Shown here: positions 18,389 through 27,734 of the stretch, one piece after another
Layout: every line of letters starts with the position of its first letter
Position numbering within the stretch: position 1 is the first letter of the stretch
Source: Chloroflexota bacterium
GTDB taxonomy: Bacteria; Chloroflexota; Limnocylindria; QHBO01
NCBI GenBank assembly: GCA_039932375.1
Contig: JBDTQD010000002.1
Span: 133 to 64,132, forward strand
Length of the DNA stretch: 64,000 bases
Reading direction: 5' to 3'
Program-made: the position numbers and the translations under genes
The notes under the pieces: model-generated
What the model saw: the letters and a program-made list of their open reading frames with translations, nothing else
Told to the model about the DNA's origin: nothing
The model's database searches: none

Positions 18389-19243
18389 GTGATGACCACT
18401 TCCCATGATGGAGACCTGGCCTTCGCTATTGAGCTGGCCACACAGGCCGGCGAGCTGCTGAGCGGCAGCTACGAGCGAAGGTTGAAGGTCGATCGCAAGA
18501 GCAAGCGGGACGTGGTCACCGATGTCGACTACGCCAGCGAGGCGCTCATCATCCGCGCGATCCGGGACCGGTTCCCCGCTGACGCGATTCTTGCGGAGGA
18601 GTCAGGCCGTCACGAGCGGGCAGATCAGGGAGGGACTGTCAGCCGGCCTCATCGGCGGCGCTGGAGCCGACGGACGTGGGTCATCGATCCGCTCGACGGG
18701 ACGGTCAACTACGCAAACGGGATCCCGTTCTTCTGCGTTTCCATCGGTCTGGTGGAGGATGGCATGCCAGTGGTGGGCGTGGTACTCGACCCCTTGCGGG
18801 GAGACTGCTATGCGGCGAGCTCGACCACCAGGGCGATGCTCAACGGGCAGCCGTCGCGAGCCACCAATAAGGAGCAGCTGGGCGATTTCGTGATCAGTCT
18901 GGCGATCATCGGGCGCGGTGGCATCGCACGCGAAAGACGGGTCGCCCACGAGATCCGCATCGGGCGGCGGATGGGGAGCGCCGCGCTGGCCCTGGCGTAT
19001 ACGGCATCCAGCCGATTCGATGCGTTCGTGCAGAACGGCGGGCTCTCGCTGTGGGACATCGCCGCGGCCGGATTGATCGCCGAACGGGCCGGGGCAACGG
19101 TCACCGATCTGCACGGCGGACCGTGGTGGAACACGGCGAAGCGGGGCGCGAGGCTGAGCATCGTCTCCGCTCCGCAGCCCCACCACGCGAGGCTTATCGA
19201 GCTGCTGCGGGAGGCGCGCACGACGGTCGAGACCCGGCGCTAG
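18389..19243 (+). CDS. Inositol monophosphatase family protein (SuhB-like), with a longer-than-usual Arg-rich insert before WVIDPLDGT
   Basis: EESG...WVIDPLDGTVNY...FFCVSIGL motifs. Confidence 0.8.
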   Translation: MMTTSHDGDLAFAIELATQAGELLSGSYERRLKVDRKSKRDVVTDVDYASEALIIRAIRDRFPADAILAEESGRHERADQGGTVSRPHRRRWSRRTWVIDPLDGTVNYANGIPFFCVSIGLVEDGMPVVGVVLDPLRGDCYAASSTTRAMLNGQPSRATNKEQLGDFVISLAIIGRGGIARERRVAHEIRIGRRMGSAALALAYTASSRFDAFVQNGGLSLWDIAAAGLIAERAGATVTDLHGGPWWNTAKRGARLSIVSAPQPHHARLIELLREARTTVETRR

Positions 19244-19911
19244 GGCCCGATGGCAGCCTCGGAAAGAACGGCGGCGAACATGGCCAAGGTCCGGGCAGTG
19301 GCGCCCCAGATGCGGTGCCCGGCATAGCGATAGACGGCGGCCTGCAAGACCCAGCCGGGTCCCTCGATCAGCTCCTGGCTGATCACCCCATCGGTGAGCA
19401 GGTGACGCAGGGGAAGCTCAACGATTGCCGATACCTCGTCGACGTGAGGCTCGAGCGCCGGCCGCGCGGCAGCCGTCCCGACGAAGGGGCGCAGCTCGAA
19501 GTTGCTGACCGGGATCCAGATATCGTCGAGCGCCCCAACAATCGAGACAGTCCTCGGATCCACGCCCACCTCCTCGTACGCCTCGCGCAGGGCGGTCGCC
19601 TCCCGGGAAGCGTCAGCAGGATCGACTGCTCCGCCGGGCAGCGAGATCTCCCCGGCGTGCTCTCGCAGGTCGGCGTGGCGGATGGTCAGCGGCACCGCCA
19701 GCTCGCCATCACCACCCGGATAGATGAGCAGGAGCGTCGACGCCATCCGCGCGGGCGGGAAGGTCGAGCGGTCGTAGCGAGGCACGGCCGCTCCATCGGC
19801 GACGTCGCGCGGGGCGAATCGGGGATCGGCGCTGATCGGCCGGCGGGCGGCGGTGAGCGCACCGGCGATGACTTCCTGCCATCCGTCGCCGCCGCGTAAG
19901 ATTCGGTCCAT
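19240..19911 (-). CDS. NUDIX hydrolase, CoA pyrophosphatase-like (NudL family)
   Basis: ISLPGGAVDPADASREATALREAYEEVGV Nudix box with NudL-like context. Confidence 0.75.
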   Translation of the reverse strand: MDRILRGGDGWQEVIAGALTAARRPISADPRFAPRDVADGAAVPRYDRSTFPPARMASTLLLIYPGGDGELAVPLTIRHADLREHAGEISLPGGAVDPADASREATALREAYEEVGVDPRTVSIVGALDDIWIPVSNFELRPFVGTAAARPALEPHVDEVSAIVELPLRHLLTDGVISQELIEGPGWVLQAAVYRYAGHRIWGATARTLAMFAAVLSEAAIGP

Positions 19912-19972
19912 GGCTTTCCCGGCTCCCGCTAGTCGCGACTCCCTGGCCCGCGCCGCCCTGTACCGGTCGCGG

Positions 19973-20356
19973 GTGCTGGTCAACCGCACGCCCCACTTCA
20001 CCACGCGGGCCCGTCGCGAGGCAAATCAGGCCCTGGATCTGCTCGACGCCCAGCTGGGCCTGAACCAGGTCAACGTGCCGGAGGCGGCGCGCGGGATCGA
20101 GCTGCTGATCCGGGCAAACCCGTCGCTGGCATTCGGCCTGCTGCGCGACGCTGCCTTCGTCGATCGCTTCGGCGCTGCGTTGCGGCACCTCGGCCTCAGA
20201 GGTATCGAGCAGCGCCTCGACGAGGTGACCCATTCGGTGATGGCCGAGCCGATCCCGGGACCGACCGGTGGTCGTCGCCACCGGGACGAGCTGCCAGCGG
20301 AGGAGCGGGTCGACGCCGCTGGGAACCCGCTGCCCCCGCCCGCCGCAATCTACTGA
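19973..20356 (+). CDS. Hypothetical protein (start uncertain; GTG 19973 or ATG 19910)
   Basis: Protein-like composition and no better coding alternative; the ATG at 19910 shares a CCATGG with the divergent nudL start. Confidence 0.35.
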   Translation: MLVNRTPHFTTRARREANQALDLLDAQLGLNQVNVPEAARGIELLIRANPSLAFGLLRDAAFVDRFGAALRHLGLRGIEQRLDEVTHSVMAEPIPGPTGGRRHRDELPAEERVDAAGNPLPPPAAIY

Positions 20357-20465
20357 GCCAGGCCGGACGCGGGGCCGGAAATCGGGCTGGACAGGTATGG
20401 CAAGGTAACGGCACAGACTGCCGATCCGGAATTCGATCGGCGCGGCGGAAGGAGGGCAGCGAGCC

Positions 20466-21290
20466 ATGTCGTGGCTATCCCGTCAGTTCTCAACGCGCGT
20501 CGTGGTCCTGATCCCGGTCGCCATCGCCATCAACATCGTGCTCGGCTATACCGTCCAGACCGTCCTCAAGCTGCCGATCTACCTGGACTCGATCGGGACC
20601 ATCCTGGTGGGCGTCCTGGCTGGACCGATTGCTGGCGCCGCCACCGGCGCAGCCTCGAACCTGATTTGGCAATACGCGCCGGGGATCGGCGGCGGGACGA
20701 TCGGGCCATTCGCGATTGTCGCAGGCGTCATCGGCTTCCTCGCCGGCGTGTGGGGCTACCTGGGCGTCTTCCGGCCGCGGCCGACGAGTGGAGCACGGCT
20801 ATGGCTGGCCGTAGTCGTCGGCGTGGCGATCATCCTGCTGCTCGCCTCGCGCATCTACAACAACCCCGCCTACACCGACCCGAACGTCGGGGGCTACCCG
20901 GATTGGGTCTTCACTGCCGCCATCGCGATCGCAGTGGTTGCGTCCTTCGCGGTGGCCGCGTTCATCCTGGTTCGTCGCGACGCGGCCGGCGCATGGGTGG
21001 CGGCAGCCGGCGCCCTGACCGGGATCGTGGCGGCCATCCTCTCTGCGCCGATCGCCGCATACGTCTTCGGCGGCGTAACGGGCTCCGGGACCGACCTGAT
21101 CGTGGCCGCGCTGCGCCAGGGTGGCGCCGACGTTTACAACGCGTCGCTCGGCCAGGGCCTCTTCAGCGACCCGATCGACAAGACGATCACCAGCTTCGTG
21201 GTCTTCATCGTGCTGGCCAGCCTCTCGGACCGCGTCCTCGCCCGCTTCCCCCTCGGCGAGCGGCTCGTGCGGCCTGCTCCAGCGGCCTGA
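20466..21290 (+). CDS. ECF transporter S (substrate-specific) component
   Basis: 6-7 TM, Gly/Ala-rich S-component-like N-terminus; GGAGG RBS; immediately precedes EcfT/EcfA/EcfA'. Confidence 0.7.
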   Translation: MSWLSRQFSTRVVVLIPVAIAINIVLGYTVQTVLKLPIYLDSIGTILVGVLAGPIAGAATGAASNLIWQYAPGIGGGTIGPFAIVAGVIGFLAGVWGYLGVFRPRPTSGARLWLAVVVGVAIILLLASRIYNNPAYTDPNVGGYPDWVFTAAIAIAVVASFAVAAFILVRRDAAGAWVAAAGALTGIVAAILSAPIAAYVFGGVTGSGTDLIVAALRQGGADVYNASLGQGLFSDPIDKTITSFVVFIVLASLSDRVLARFPLGERLVRPAPAA

Positions 21291-21305
21291 GCGCCAGCGG
21301 AGTCG

Positions 21306-22139
21306 GTGGCGAGGTCGGCGCAGATCATCTCGGGCTCCGCTGAGATCGACGTTCGGCTACCTGACTTCGTCCAGCGCCTGCCGGTTGGCACCTATCGGCG
21401 CCTGAACCCGACGACCAAGCTGGTCGTCGCCGTCAGCGAGGCGCTGGTCGCCTTCACGGTGCGCGGCTGGACGGGGCCGGTGGCGGTGCTCATCGTTCTC
21501 GCATTGACCGCCATCGCCGCCCGGACTGGCCGCGCCCTGCTCCCATTCCTGATCGCAACAATCCCGCTGACCGCGTCGATCGTCCTGGTCAACACCTTCC
21601 TGTTTCCCGGGGCGACCGATCCGATCTTCGGCATCGGTCCATTCACGCCGACCTGGACGGGCCTCGAGGCAGCCCTGCAGGCGACCCTGCGAGTGGTGGC
21701 CTTCGCGATGTCGGTGGCGATCCTGGTGCTGACGACCCGGCCGGACGATCTGGTCGGCGATCTCGAGCGACGCGGCGCGCCACGCGGCGTCACCTTCGTC
21801 ATCGGAGCCACCGTGCGCATGATCCCCCGCATCCTGCAGCGGGCAGGGGAGATCGCCGAGGCGCAACGCGCGAGGGGGCTTGACACCGAGGGGCGCATCT
21901 GGCGCCGATTGCGGGGCGTCCTGCCGCTGGCGGCGCCGCTCGTGTTCGGTTCACTGAACGAGGTCGAGGAGCAGACGATGGCCCTCGAGGCGCGCGCATT
22001 CTCGGCCCAGGGACGCCGCACGCCGCTCCGCCTCTTCCCCGATGACGGGGCGCAGCGGGCCTTACGTTGGACGCTCGTGACGGGAACGGCGGTCCTGATC
22101 GTGCTCTCCATCGTCGGTCGCCTCGCCTTCCTGCCATGA
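21306..22139 (+). CDS. ecfT: ECF transporter transmembrane component EcfT (CbiQ family)
   Basis: CbiQ/EcfT pattern (LNPTTKL, C-terminal ARG/AR motif). Confidence 0.8.
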   Translation: MARSAQIISGSAEIDVRLPDFVQRLPVGTYRRLNPTTKLVVAVSEALVAFTVRGWTGPVAVLIVLALTAIAARTGRALLPFLIATIPLTASIVLVNTFLFPGATDPIFGIGPFTPTWTGLEAALQATLRVVAFAMSVAILVLTTRPDDLVGDLERRGAPRGVTFVIGATVRMIPRILQRAGEIAEAQRARGLDTEGRIWRRLRGVLPLAAPLVFGSLNEVEEQTMALEARAFSAQGRRTPLRLFPDDGAQRALRWTLVTGTAVLIVLSIVGRLAFLP

Positions 22140-22155
22140 GCAAGGCAGCAGCCCG

Positions 22156-22971
22156 ATGACGCTGGCGCTGACGGGGGTGACCTACCGCTACCCCGGCATG
22201 ACCCGGCCGGCGCTGGTCGACGTGACCATCCGTGTCGAACCTGGCTCGGTGCTCGGCGTGGTCGGCGCCAACGATGCCGGCAAGTCGACGCTCTGCCTGG
22301 TGGCCGGCGGCCTCGCGCCGGCCACGATCGGTGGCAAGGTCGAGGGGCGGGTCGAGATCGACGGCGCTCCGACCGGCGACTGGCGGCCGTCGGACCTGGC
22401 CCAACGCTGTGGCATCCTCTTTCAGAACGCGGAGACGCAGCTCTCCGGCACAGCGGCGACCGTGTGGGAGGAGGTCGCCTTCGGGCCGCGCAACCTGTCG
22501 CTGCCCCTGCGCGAGGTTGCCGAACGGACGACGTGGGCACTGGACGTGATCGGCATCGAGCCGCTCGCGCCACGCGATCCGGGCCGCCTGTCGGGCGGCC
22601 AGGCTCAGCTAGTCGCGCTTGCCGCGGTCCTCGCCATGCGCCCTGCCTACCTGGTGCTGGACGAGCCGACGAGCCAGCTGGATCCCCAGGGCACGCAGGC
22701 CATCGGGAGCGCCCTCCGGCGCCTGGCGCACGAGACGGGCGTCGGCCTGCTCGTGGTCGAGCACAAGACCGACCTGCTGGCTTCGATCGCGGAGCAATGT
22801 GTCGTTCTCGTGGCGGGCAGCGTGGTGGCGGCGGGTCCGGTGACGACGGTCCTCGCCGATCCGCGCCTCGAGGCGTGGGGGATCGCGCCTCCCTCCGCGG
22901 TCCGCATCGCCCGCGCGGCGGAGCGGGCCGGGCTCCCCGAACAGGTGGTCGCGGCCATGACGTCGACATGA
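22156..22971 (+). CDS. ecfA1: ECF transporter ATPase EcfA1
   Basis: Walker A GANDAGKST, signature LSGGQAQ, Walker B LVLDEP. Confidence 0.85.
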   Translation: MTLALTGVTYRYPGMTRPALVDVTIRVEPGSVLGVVGANDAGKSTLCLVAGGLAPATIGGKVEGRVEIDGAPTGDWRPSDLAQRCGILFQNAETQLSGTAATVWEEVAFGPRNLSLPLREVAERTTWALDVIGIEPLAPRDPGRLSGGQAQLVALAAVLAMRPAYLVLDEPTSQLDPQGTQAIGSALRRLAHETGVGLLVVEHKTDLLASIAEQCVVLVAGSVVAAGPVTTVLADPRLEAWGIAPPSAVRIARAAERAGLPEQVVAAMTST

Positions 22972-23813
22972 GCGACCCCATCGTCGAGGCCGATGACCTC
23001 GTCTTTGTCTACCCCGGCGGCGTCCGCGCCCTCGACGGCATCGACCTGCGGATCAACGCCGGCGAGCGGGTCGCGATCATCGGCCAGAACGGATCGGGCA
23101 AGTCGACCCTCGTCCGTCATTTCGTCGGGCTGCTGCGCGCGACCGCCGGCGTGGTGCGCGTCGGCGGAGAGCCGATCGGACGGCGGCACGTCGCGGAATT
23201 GGCGCGCACGGTGGGGATTGCCTTTCAGAACCCGGACCGCCAGATCTTCGCGGCTCGGGTCCGCAATGAGGTCGCGTTCGGGCCGCGCAACCTGGGGCTG
23301 CGCGGCGCGGCCCTCGAACAACGGGTGCAGAGTGCGCTCGAGGCGGTCGGACTGGCGGGACGCGCCGATAGCAACCCGTACGACCTCGGCTACTCGCAGC
23401 GCAAGCTGCTGGCCCTGGCGTCGATCCTGGCCATGGGAGCGCCGCTGGTGGTCCTGGATGAGCCGACGACCGGGCAGGACGCGCGCGGCGTGCGGCGGGT
23501 GGCGACCGTTGTCGCCGAGCTTGCAGCCAAAGGGACGACGGTCGTCTCCATCAGCCACGACATGCGCTTTGTGGCGGAAACCGCCGGGCGCGTGCTGGTG
23601 ATGCGCGACGGGCGGATCGTGGACGACGGACCATCCGAGAGCGTGTTCGCCGAAGCACGCTGGCCGGTGCTCGAATCGACGTACCTGGAGCCGCCGCTCG
23701 CCGCGCGCGCAGGCGCGCGCCTGGGGCTTGGTTCTACGCCGACCGAGGCATCGCTGGTCGCGCGGGCCGTCGAGAAAGTCGAAGCGGAGGGCGGCTTCAG
23801 CGCCCCAGGTTGA
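22968..23813 (+). CDS. ecfA2: ECF transporter ATPase EcfA2
   Basis: Walker A GQNGSGKST; ATG overlaps the ecfA1 stop (ATGA). Confidence 0.85.
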   Translation: MSDPIVEADDLVFVYPGGVRALDGIDLRINAGERVAIIGQNGSGKSTLVRHFVGLLRATAGVVRVGGEPIGRRHVAELARTVGIAFQNPDRQIFAARVRNEVAFGPRNLGLRGAALEQRVQSALEAVGLAGRADSNPYDLGYSQRKLLALASILAMGAPLVVLDEPTTGQDARGVRRVATVVAELAAKGTTVVSISHDMRFVAETAGRVLVMRDGRIVDDGPSESVFAEARWPVLESTYLEPPLAARAGARLGLGSTPTEASLVARAVEKVEAEGGFSAPG

Positions 23814-24786
23814 CCGCTCGCGTCAGGCGCTGCAGCAGTTCCGCGCGCATCCCCTCCGGATCGATGGCAGTGGCAACGCTCACCTCGGGGCGCTCGACGG
23901 CGTCGAACCGGTACAGGCTGCCCGCCAGGCGTGGATCGTTGCCGGTGTCGCACGCCAGCCTGGCGTCGACCGACTCCGTCACCAGGTCCGGCCGCAACAG
24001 GGAGCCGATCAGCGTCACGGGGTCGTGCAGGTAGCAGCCGTCGAGATCGTCCGCTGCGCGATGGAATGCCACGTAAAAGCGAATGGCGCCTCGTACGACG
24101 GAAGCAAGGTAGGTATCCGGCAGAACTTCGAGATCGTCGAGGGTGAAGACCACGTCCTGGGTCGCGTCCAACGGGAAGATGCGCGACAGGGCACCCGCGG
24201 CCAGGCAGGCCTCCGCGGCCTCGGGGTCGACGCAGGCGTTCCACTCGCCGGTCTCGGTGGTATTGCCGCGCTCCTCGAGCGCCCCTCCCATCCACACGAC
24301 CTCCCTCGTGCCCGCGCGCAGGTCGACGCCATTCAGGGCAGCGGCGGCCAGGTTGGTCAACGGACCGAGCGCCACAACGGTCAGCTCGCCCGGATGCCTG
24401 TCGATGTGCGCCGCCAGGTAGCGCGGGGCGGGGACGGGGGTGAAGTCGGTCGCACCGAGCTCAGGATCCTCTCCGGTCAGCTCCACGTAGCCGGTGCCGG
24501 TCGGCCCATGCGTGTCCGGCGCAGTTCGCAGGCGACGGTGGAGCGGCCTCCCTGCGCCGATGCTGACCGGCACATCGCCGCGCCCCACCATGCGCAGGAT
24601 CTTGCCGGTGTTGCGCGCGACGTGGTGGATCTCGACGTTGCCCGCCACGCAGGTCACGCCGCGCAGGTTGAGCTCCGGGGCGGTGGCGGCGATCAGCAGC
24701 GCCACCATGTCGTCGATCCCGGTGTCGACGTCCAGGATGACCGGGCGGCGCTCGGCGTCGGAAGTGCTCGCCTGCATCGGCGCCAT
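23797..24786 (-). CDS. Nucleoside hydrolase (IunH/RihA family)
   Basis: N-terminal DVDTGIDD aspartate cluster; about 330 aa. Confidence 0.85.
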   Translation of the reverse strand: MAPMQASTSDAERRPVILDVDTGIDDMVALLIAATAPELNLRGVTCVAGNVEIHHVARNTGKILRMVGRGDVPVSIGAGRPLHRRLRTAPDTHGPTGTGYVELTGEDPELGATDFTPVPAPRYLAAHIDRHPGELTVVALGPLTNLAAAALNGVDLRAGTREVVWMGGALEERGNTTETGEWNACVDPEAAEACLAAGALSRIFPLDATQDVVFTLDDLEVLPDTYLASVVRGAIRFYVAFHRAADDLDGCYLHDPVTLIGSLLRPDLVTESVDARLACDTGNDPRLAGSLYRFDAVERPEVSVATAIDPEGMRAELLQRLTRAVNLGR

Positions 24787-24787
24787 C

Positions 24788-25699
24788 CTACGCCGCGGGC
24801 CCCGGCCAGCCGCCGGCGCGACCCACCCTGCTCGTCACCTCGCGACCCAGCTGCGCCGCGATGAACCGCGCGGCGGCCAGGACGCCATCCAGGTCGACCT
24901 CGGTGCGCACTCCCTCGCGATCGAGGAGATAGACCAGGTCCTCGGTCGCCAGGTTGCCGGCCGAACCAGGCGCGTACGGCGAGCCGCCGGTGCCGCCGGT
25001 CGAGGAGTCGAACGCGCGGATCCCGACCTCCATGCCGGCGACCACGTTGGCGAGCGCCGTTCCACGGGTGTCGTGCAGGTGCAACGCCACGACATCTGCG
25101 CCGATGCCGGCCGCGCTCAGCGCTCCGACCACACGCCGCACGTCGAGCGGCGTGGCCACGCCGACAGTGTCGCTGATCGACAGTTCGTCGACGCCGAGCT
25201 GCAGCAGCCGCTCGCTGAGGCTCACCACCGCCAGCTCGTCGACCTCACCGCTGTACGGGCAGCCGAAGGCGACGCTGACGTAGGCGCGCACCCACATCCC
25301 GCGCTCGCGGGCGACCGCCGCCACGGGGGCGAAGGCCGCCAGCGACTCGTCGATCGTCATCCGGATATTTGCCATGGCATAAGCCTCGGAGGCAGCCGTG
25401 AAGAGGCAGATGGCATCCGCCCCGGCCGCCACCGCCCGCTCCATGCCGCGCTGGTTGGGCACCAGCACGGGATAGCGAACGCCGGGACGGCGCTCGAGGC
25501 CCTCCATCAGCTGATCGGCATCGGCCAGCTGGGGAATCGCATCGGGTCGCACGAACGAGGTCGCCTCGACCTCGCGCAGCCCGGCATCGGCCAGCAGGGA
25601 GATGAAGCGCAGCTTGGCCTCGGTCGGCACGATCGTCGCTTCGGCCTGCAGGCCGTCGCGCGGTCCCACCTCGTAGATGCGAACCTCGGGGCGGGTCAT
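24788..25699 (-). CDS. Hydroxymethylglutaryl-CoA lyase
   Basis: HMGL-like TIM-barrel motifs (EVGPRDGLQ, HLHDTRG). Confidence 0.85.
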   Translation of the reverse strand: MTRPEVRIYEVGPRDGLQAEATIVPTEAKLRFISLLADAGLREVEATSFVRPDAIPQLADADQLMEGLERRPGVRYPVLVPNQRGMERAVAAGADAICLFTAASEAYAMANIRMTIDESLAAFAPVAAVARERGMWVRAYVSVAFGCPYSGEVDELAVVSLSERLLQLGVDELSISDTVGVATPLDVRRVVGALSAAGIGADVVALHLHDTRGTALANVVAGMEVGIRAFDSSTGGTGGSPYAPGSAGNLATEDLVYLLDREGVRTEVDLDGVLAAARFIAAQLGREVTSRVGRAGGWPGPAA

Positions 25700-25711
25700 G
25701 GGTCGGTCATC

Positions 25712-27709
25712 TTAGGCCGATACCTCCGCCAACACGTCTCCGCGCTGAACCTGTTGGCCGACGGCCACGGCCATGCGAGTCACCGTCCCAGCCAGCGGCG
25801 TGACCACGGCGTGCTCCATCTTCATGGCCTCGATTACGACCAGCGCCTGGTGTGCCAGGACCGACGCGCCCTCAGGCGCGTGGACCGCGATCACTCGGCC
25901 GGGCATCGGGGCGATGAGTGCTGCACGGCCACCGGCATGATCGGCTGCCTGGCGCACCGCCTCTTCGACGCTCGGCGACATGGCCAGCGACAGCTCCAGC
26001 GACTGCCCCTCGACGTCGACGTGCGCGACCCCGCCCTCGACAGCGATCTCTGCTTGGCTCGGGCCGCCAAGCTCGACGCGTCGCTCCTCGCTGCCCGAGC
26101 GCATGCGTACCGCAGCAGGAGCCGCCGCGCGCCATCCGCCTCCCCAGGGCCCCCGCTGACCGGCATGCACGAGCGCCGCAGCGGCCGCCTGCCAGGCGGT
26201 GTCGCCGGGAACGGGGGCCGGCGGCAGGCTCATGTGCGCGAGGGTATCGGTCCGGACCTGGCCATCGCGCGTGACGGGCTGATCGAGCAGCCAGCGCAGG
26301 AAGCGCAGGTTGGTGCGCACGCCGAGCACCAGTGTTTCGTCGAGCGCGGCTCCCAGGCGTCCCAGCGCCTCGTCCCGCGTGCGGCCGTGCGCGATCAGCT
26401 TGGCGAGGAGCGGGTCGTATCGGTCCGAGACGAGGTCGCCCTCGTGCAGGGCCGTGTCGATGCGGACGCCATCGGGCCAGCGCAGGCGGAGCACTCGACC
26501 GGAGGCCGGCAGGAATCCTGCATCCGGATCCTCGGCGTACACGCGCGCCTCGATGGCGTGGCCGGCGAATCGCACCGCCGACTGGACGAGACCGAGCGGC
26601 TCCCCCGCCGCGATCCGCAGCTGGTCGGCGACCAGGTCGCGGCCCGTGACCGCCTCGGTGACGGGATGCTCGACCTGCAGGCGAGTGTTCATCTCAACGA
26701 AGAAGAACTCGCCGGCATTGGTCAGCAGGAATTCGACCGTCCCGGCATTCGTGTAGCCGACCGCGGCAGCCACCGTGAGTGCTGCTTCGCCCATCCGGAC
26801 TCGCAGCTCCGGCATGACCGATGGCGCGGGCGACTCCTCGATGACCTTCTGGTTACGCCGCTGCGTCGAGCAGTCGCGCTCGCCAAGGTGGACCCCGTGG
26901 CCGTGGTTGTCGCAGAGGAGCTGGATCTCGACGTGCCGCGCACCCTCAAGCAGGCGCTCCAGGATCAGCCGGTCGTCGCCAAATGCCCGCTGCGCCTCGC
27001 GGCGAGCGGCCGCCAATTCGTCTGTGAGGCTGGAAAGATCGCGGATGATACGCATCCCCTTGCCGCCGCCACCCGCCGACGGCTTGACCAGTAGCGGCAG
27101 CCCGATCCGCGCCGCCTCAGTTGTCAAGGTCGCGTCGTCCGTTGCCTCTCCGTCGTAGCCGGGGACCACCGGAACGCCATGCGCCCCTGCGATCCGTCGT
27201 GCCGCCGCCTTGTCGCCCATTGCCGCGATGGCCGTCGAGGGCGGCCCAACCCACGTCAGCCCTGCACGCTCGACGGCCGCGGCGAAGTCGGCGTTCTCGG
27301 CCAGGAAGCCATAGCCGGGATGGATTGCATCTGCCCCGGAGCCTCGCGCGGCGTCCAGGATCGAGTCGGCATCCAGGTAGTCGCTGATGCGAGCGGCCAG
27401 GTCGACCCCATCGGGAGGCACGTCGTCCGACGCATGGACCGCGATGCTGCGGATCCCCAGCTGGCGAGCCGTTCGTGCGATGCGGCCTACGATCTCGCCC
27501 CGGTTGGCGATGAGGAGCGCGCGGATGGCTCGGCCGCTGGCCCGCTCCGGCGCTTCGGTGACGCGGCCGAGCGACGAGCGCGACACCCGCACCCGTCCGC
27601 CGACGCGGATCGCCGGGAGGCGCCCGTCGGCGACCCAGCGCTGGACGGTCCGAACGGTAACGCCCAGTTCATCCGCCACCTGGTGTGGGGTGAGCGTCTC
27701 ATCGGGCAT
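25712..27709 (-). CDS. Biotin carboxylase + BCCP (methylcrotonyl/acyl-CoA carboxylase alpha) with N-terminal HTH_17 (MerR/excisionase-type) extension
   Basis: Residues 1-45 LTPHQVADELGVTVRTVQRWVADGRLPAIRVGGRVRV are HTH-like; then ALLIANRGEIVGRIARTARQLGI biotin carboxylase; C-terminal EAMKME biotinyl motif. Confidence 0.85.
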   Translation of the reverse strand: MPDETLTPHQVADELGVTVRTVQRWVADGRLPAIRVGGRVRVSRSSLGRVTEAPERASGRAIRALLIANRGEIVGRIARTARQLGIRSIAVHASDDVPPDGVDLAARISDYLDADSILDAARGSGADAIHPGYGFLAENADFAAAVERAGLTWVGPPSTAIAAMGDKAAARRIAGAHGVPVVPGYDGEATDDATLTTEAARIGLPLLVKPSAGGGGKGMRIIRDLSSLTDELAAARREAQRAFGDDRLILERLLEGARHVEIQLLCDNHGHGVHLGERDCSTQRRNQKVIEESPAPSVMPELRVRMGEAALTVAAAVGYTNAGTVEFLLTNAGEFFFVEMNTRLQVEHPVTEAVTGRDLVADQLRIAAGEPLGLVQSAVRFAGHAIEARVYAEDPDAGFLPASGRVLRLRWPDGVRIDTALHEGDLVSDRYDPLLAKLIAHGRTRDEALGRLGAALDETLVLGVRTNLRFLRWLLDQPVTRDGQVRTDTLAHMSLPPAPVPGDTAWQAAAAALVHAGQRGPWGGGWRAAAPAAVRMRSGSEERRVELGGPSQAEIAVEGGVAHVDVEGQSLELSLAMSPSVEEAVRQAADHAGGRAALIAPMPGRVIAVHAPEGASVLAHQALVVIEAMKMEHAVVTPLAGTVTRMAVAVGQQVQRGDVLAEVSA

Positions 27710-27734
27710 GTCGCGATTGTCGCAGAGGAGAGTG

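Noticed and set aside
18600-18700. Possible frameshift in the IMPase gene (long Arg-rich insert before WVIDPLDGT)
   Set aside because: Neither alternative frame restores a canonical EESG...WVIDPLDG linker. The insert is in-frame and the ORF is continuous, so it is treated as a genuine insertion.
20357-20465. Riboswitch in the ECF S-component leader
   Set aside because: Compared by eye with TPP, FMN, preQ1, ZTP, THF, cobalamin and c-di-GMP consensus elements: no convincing match. Needs a covariance-model search.
27560-27709. HTH region of the biotin carboxylase gene as a separate upstream regulator gene
   Set aside because: No stop codon separates it from the carboxylase, and no ATG/GTG/TTG start exists between the HTH and the ANRGEI motif in frame.
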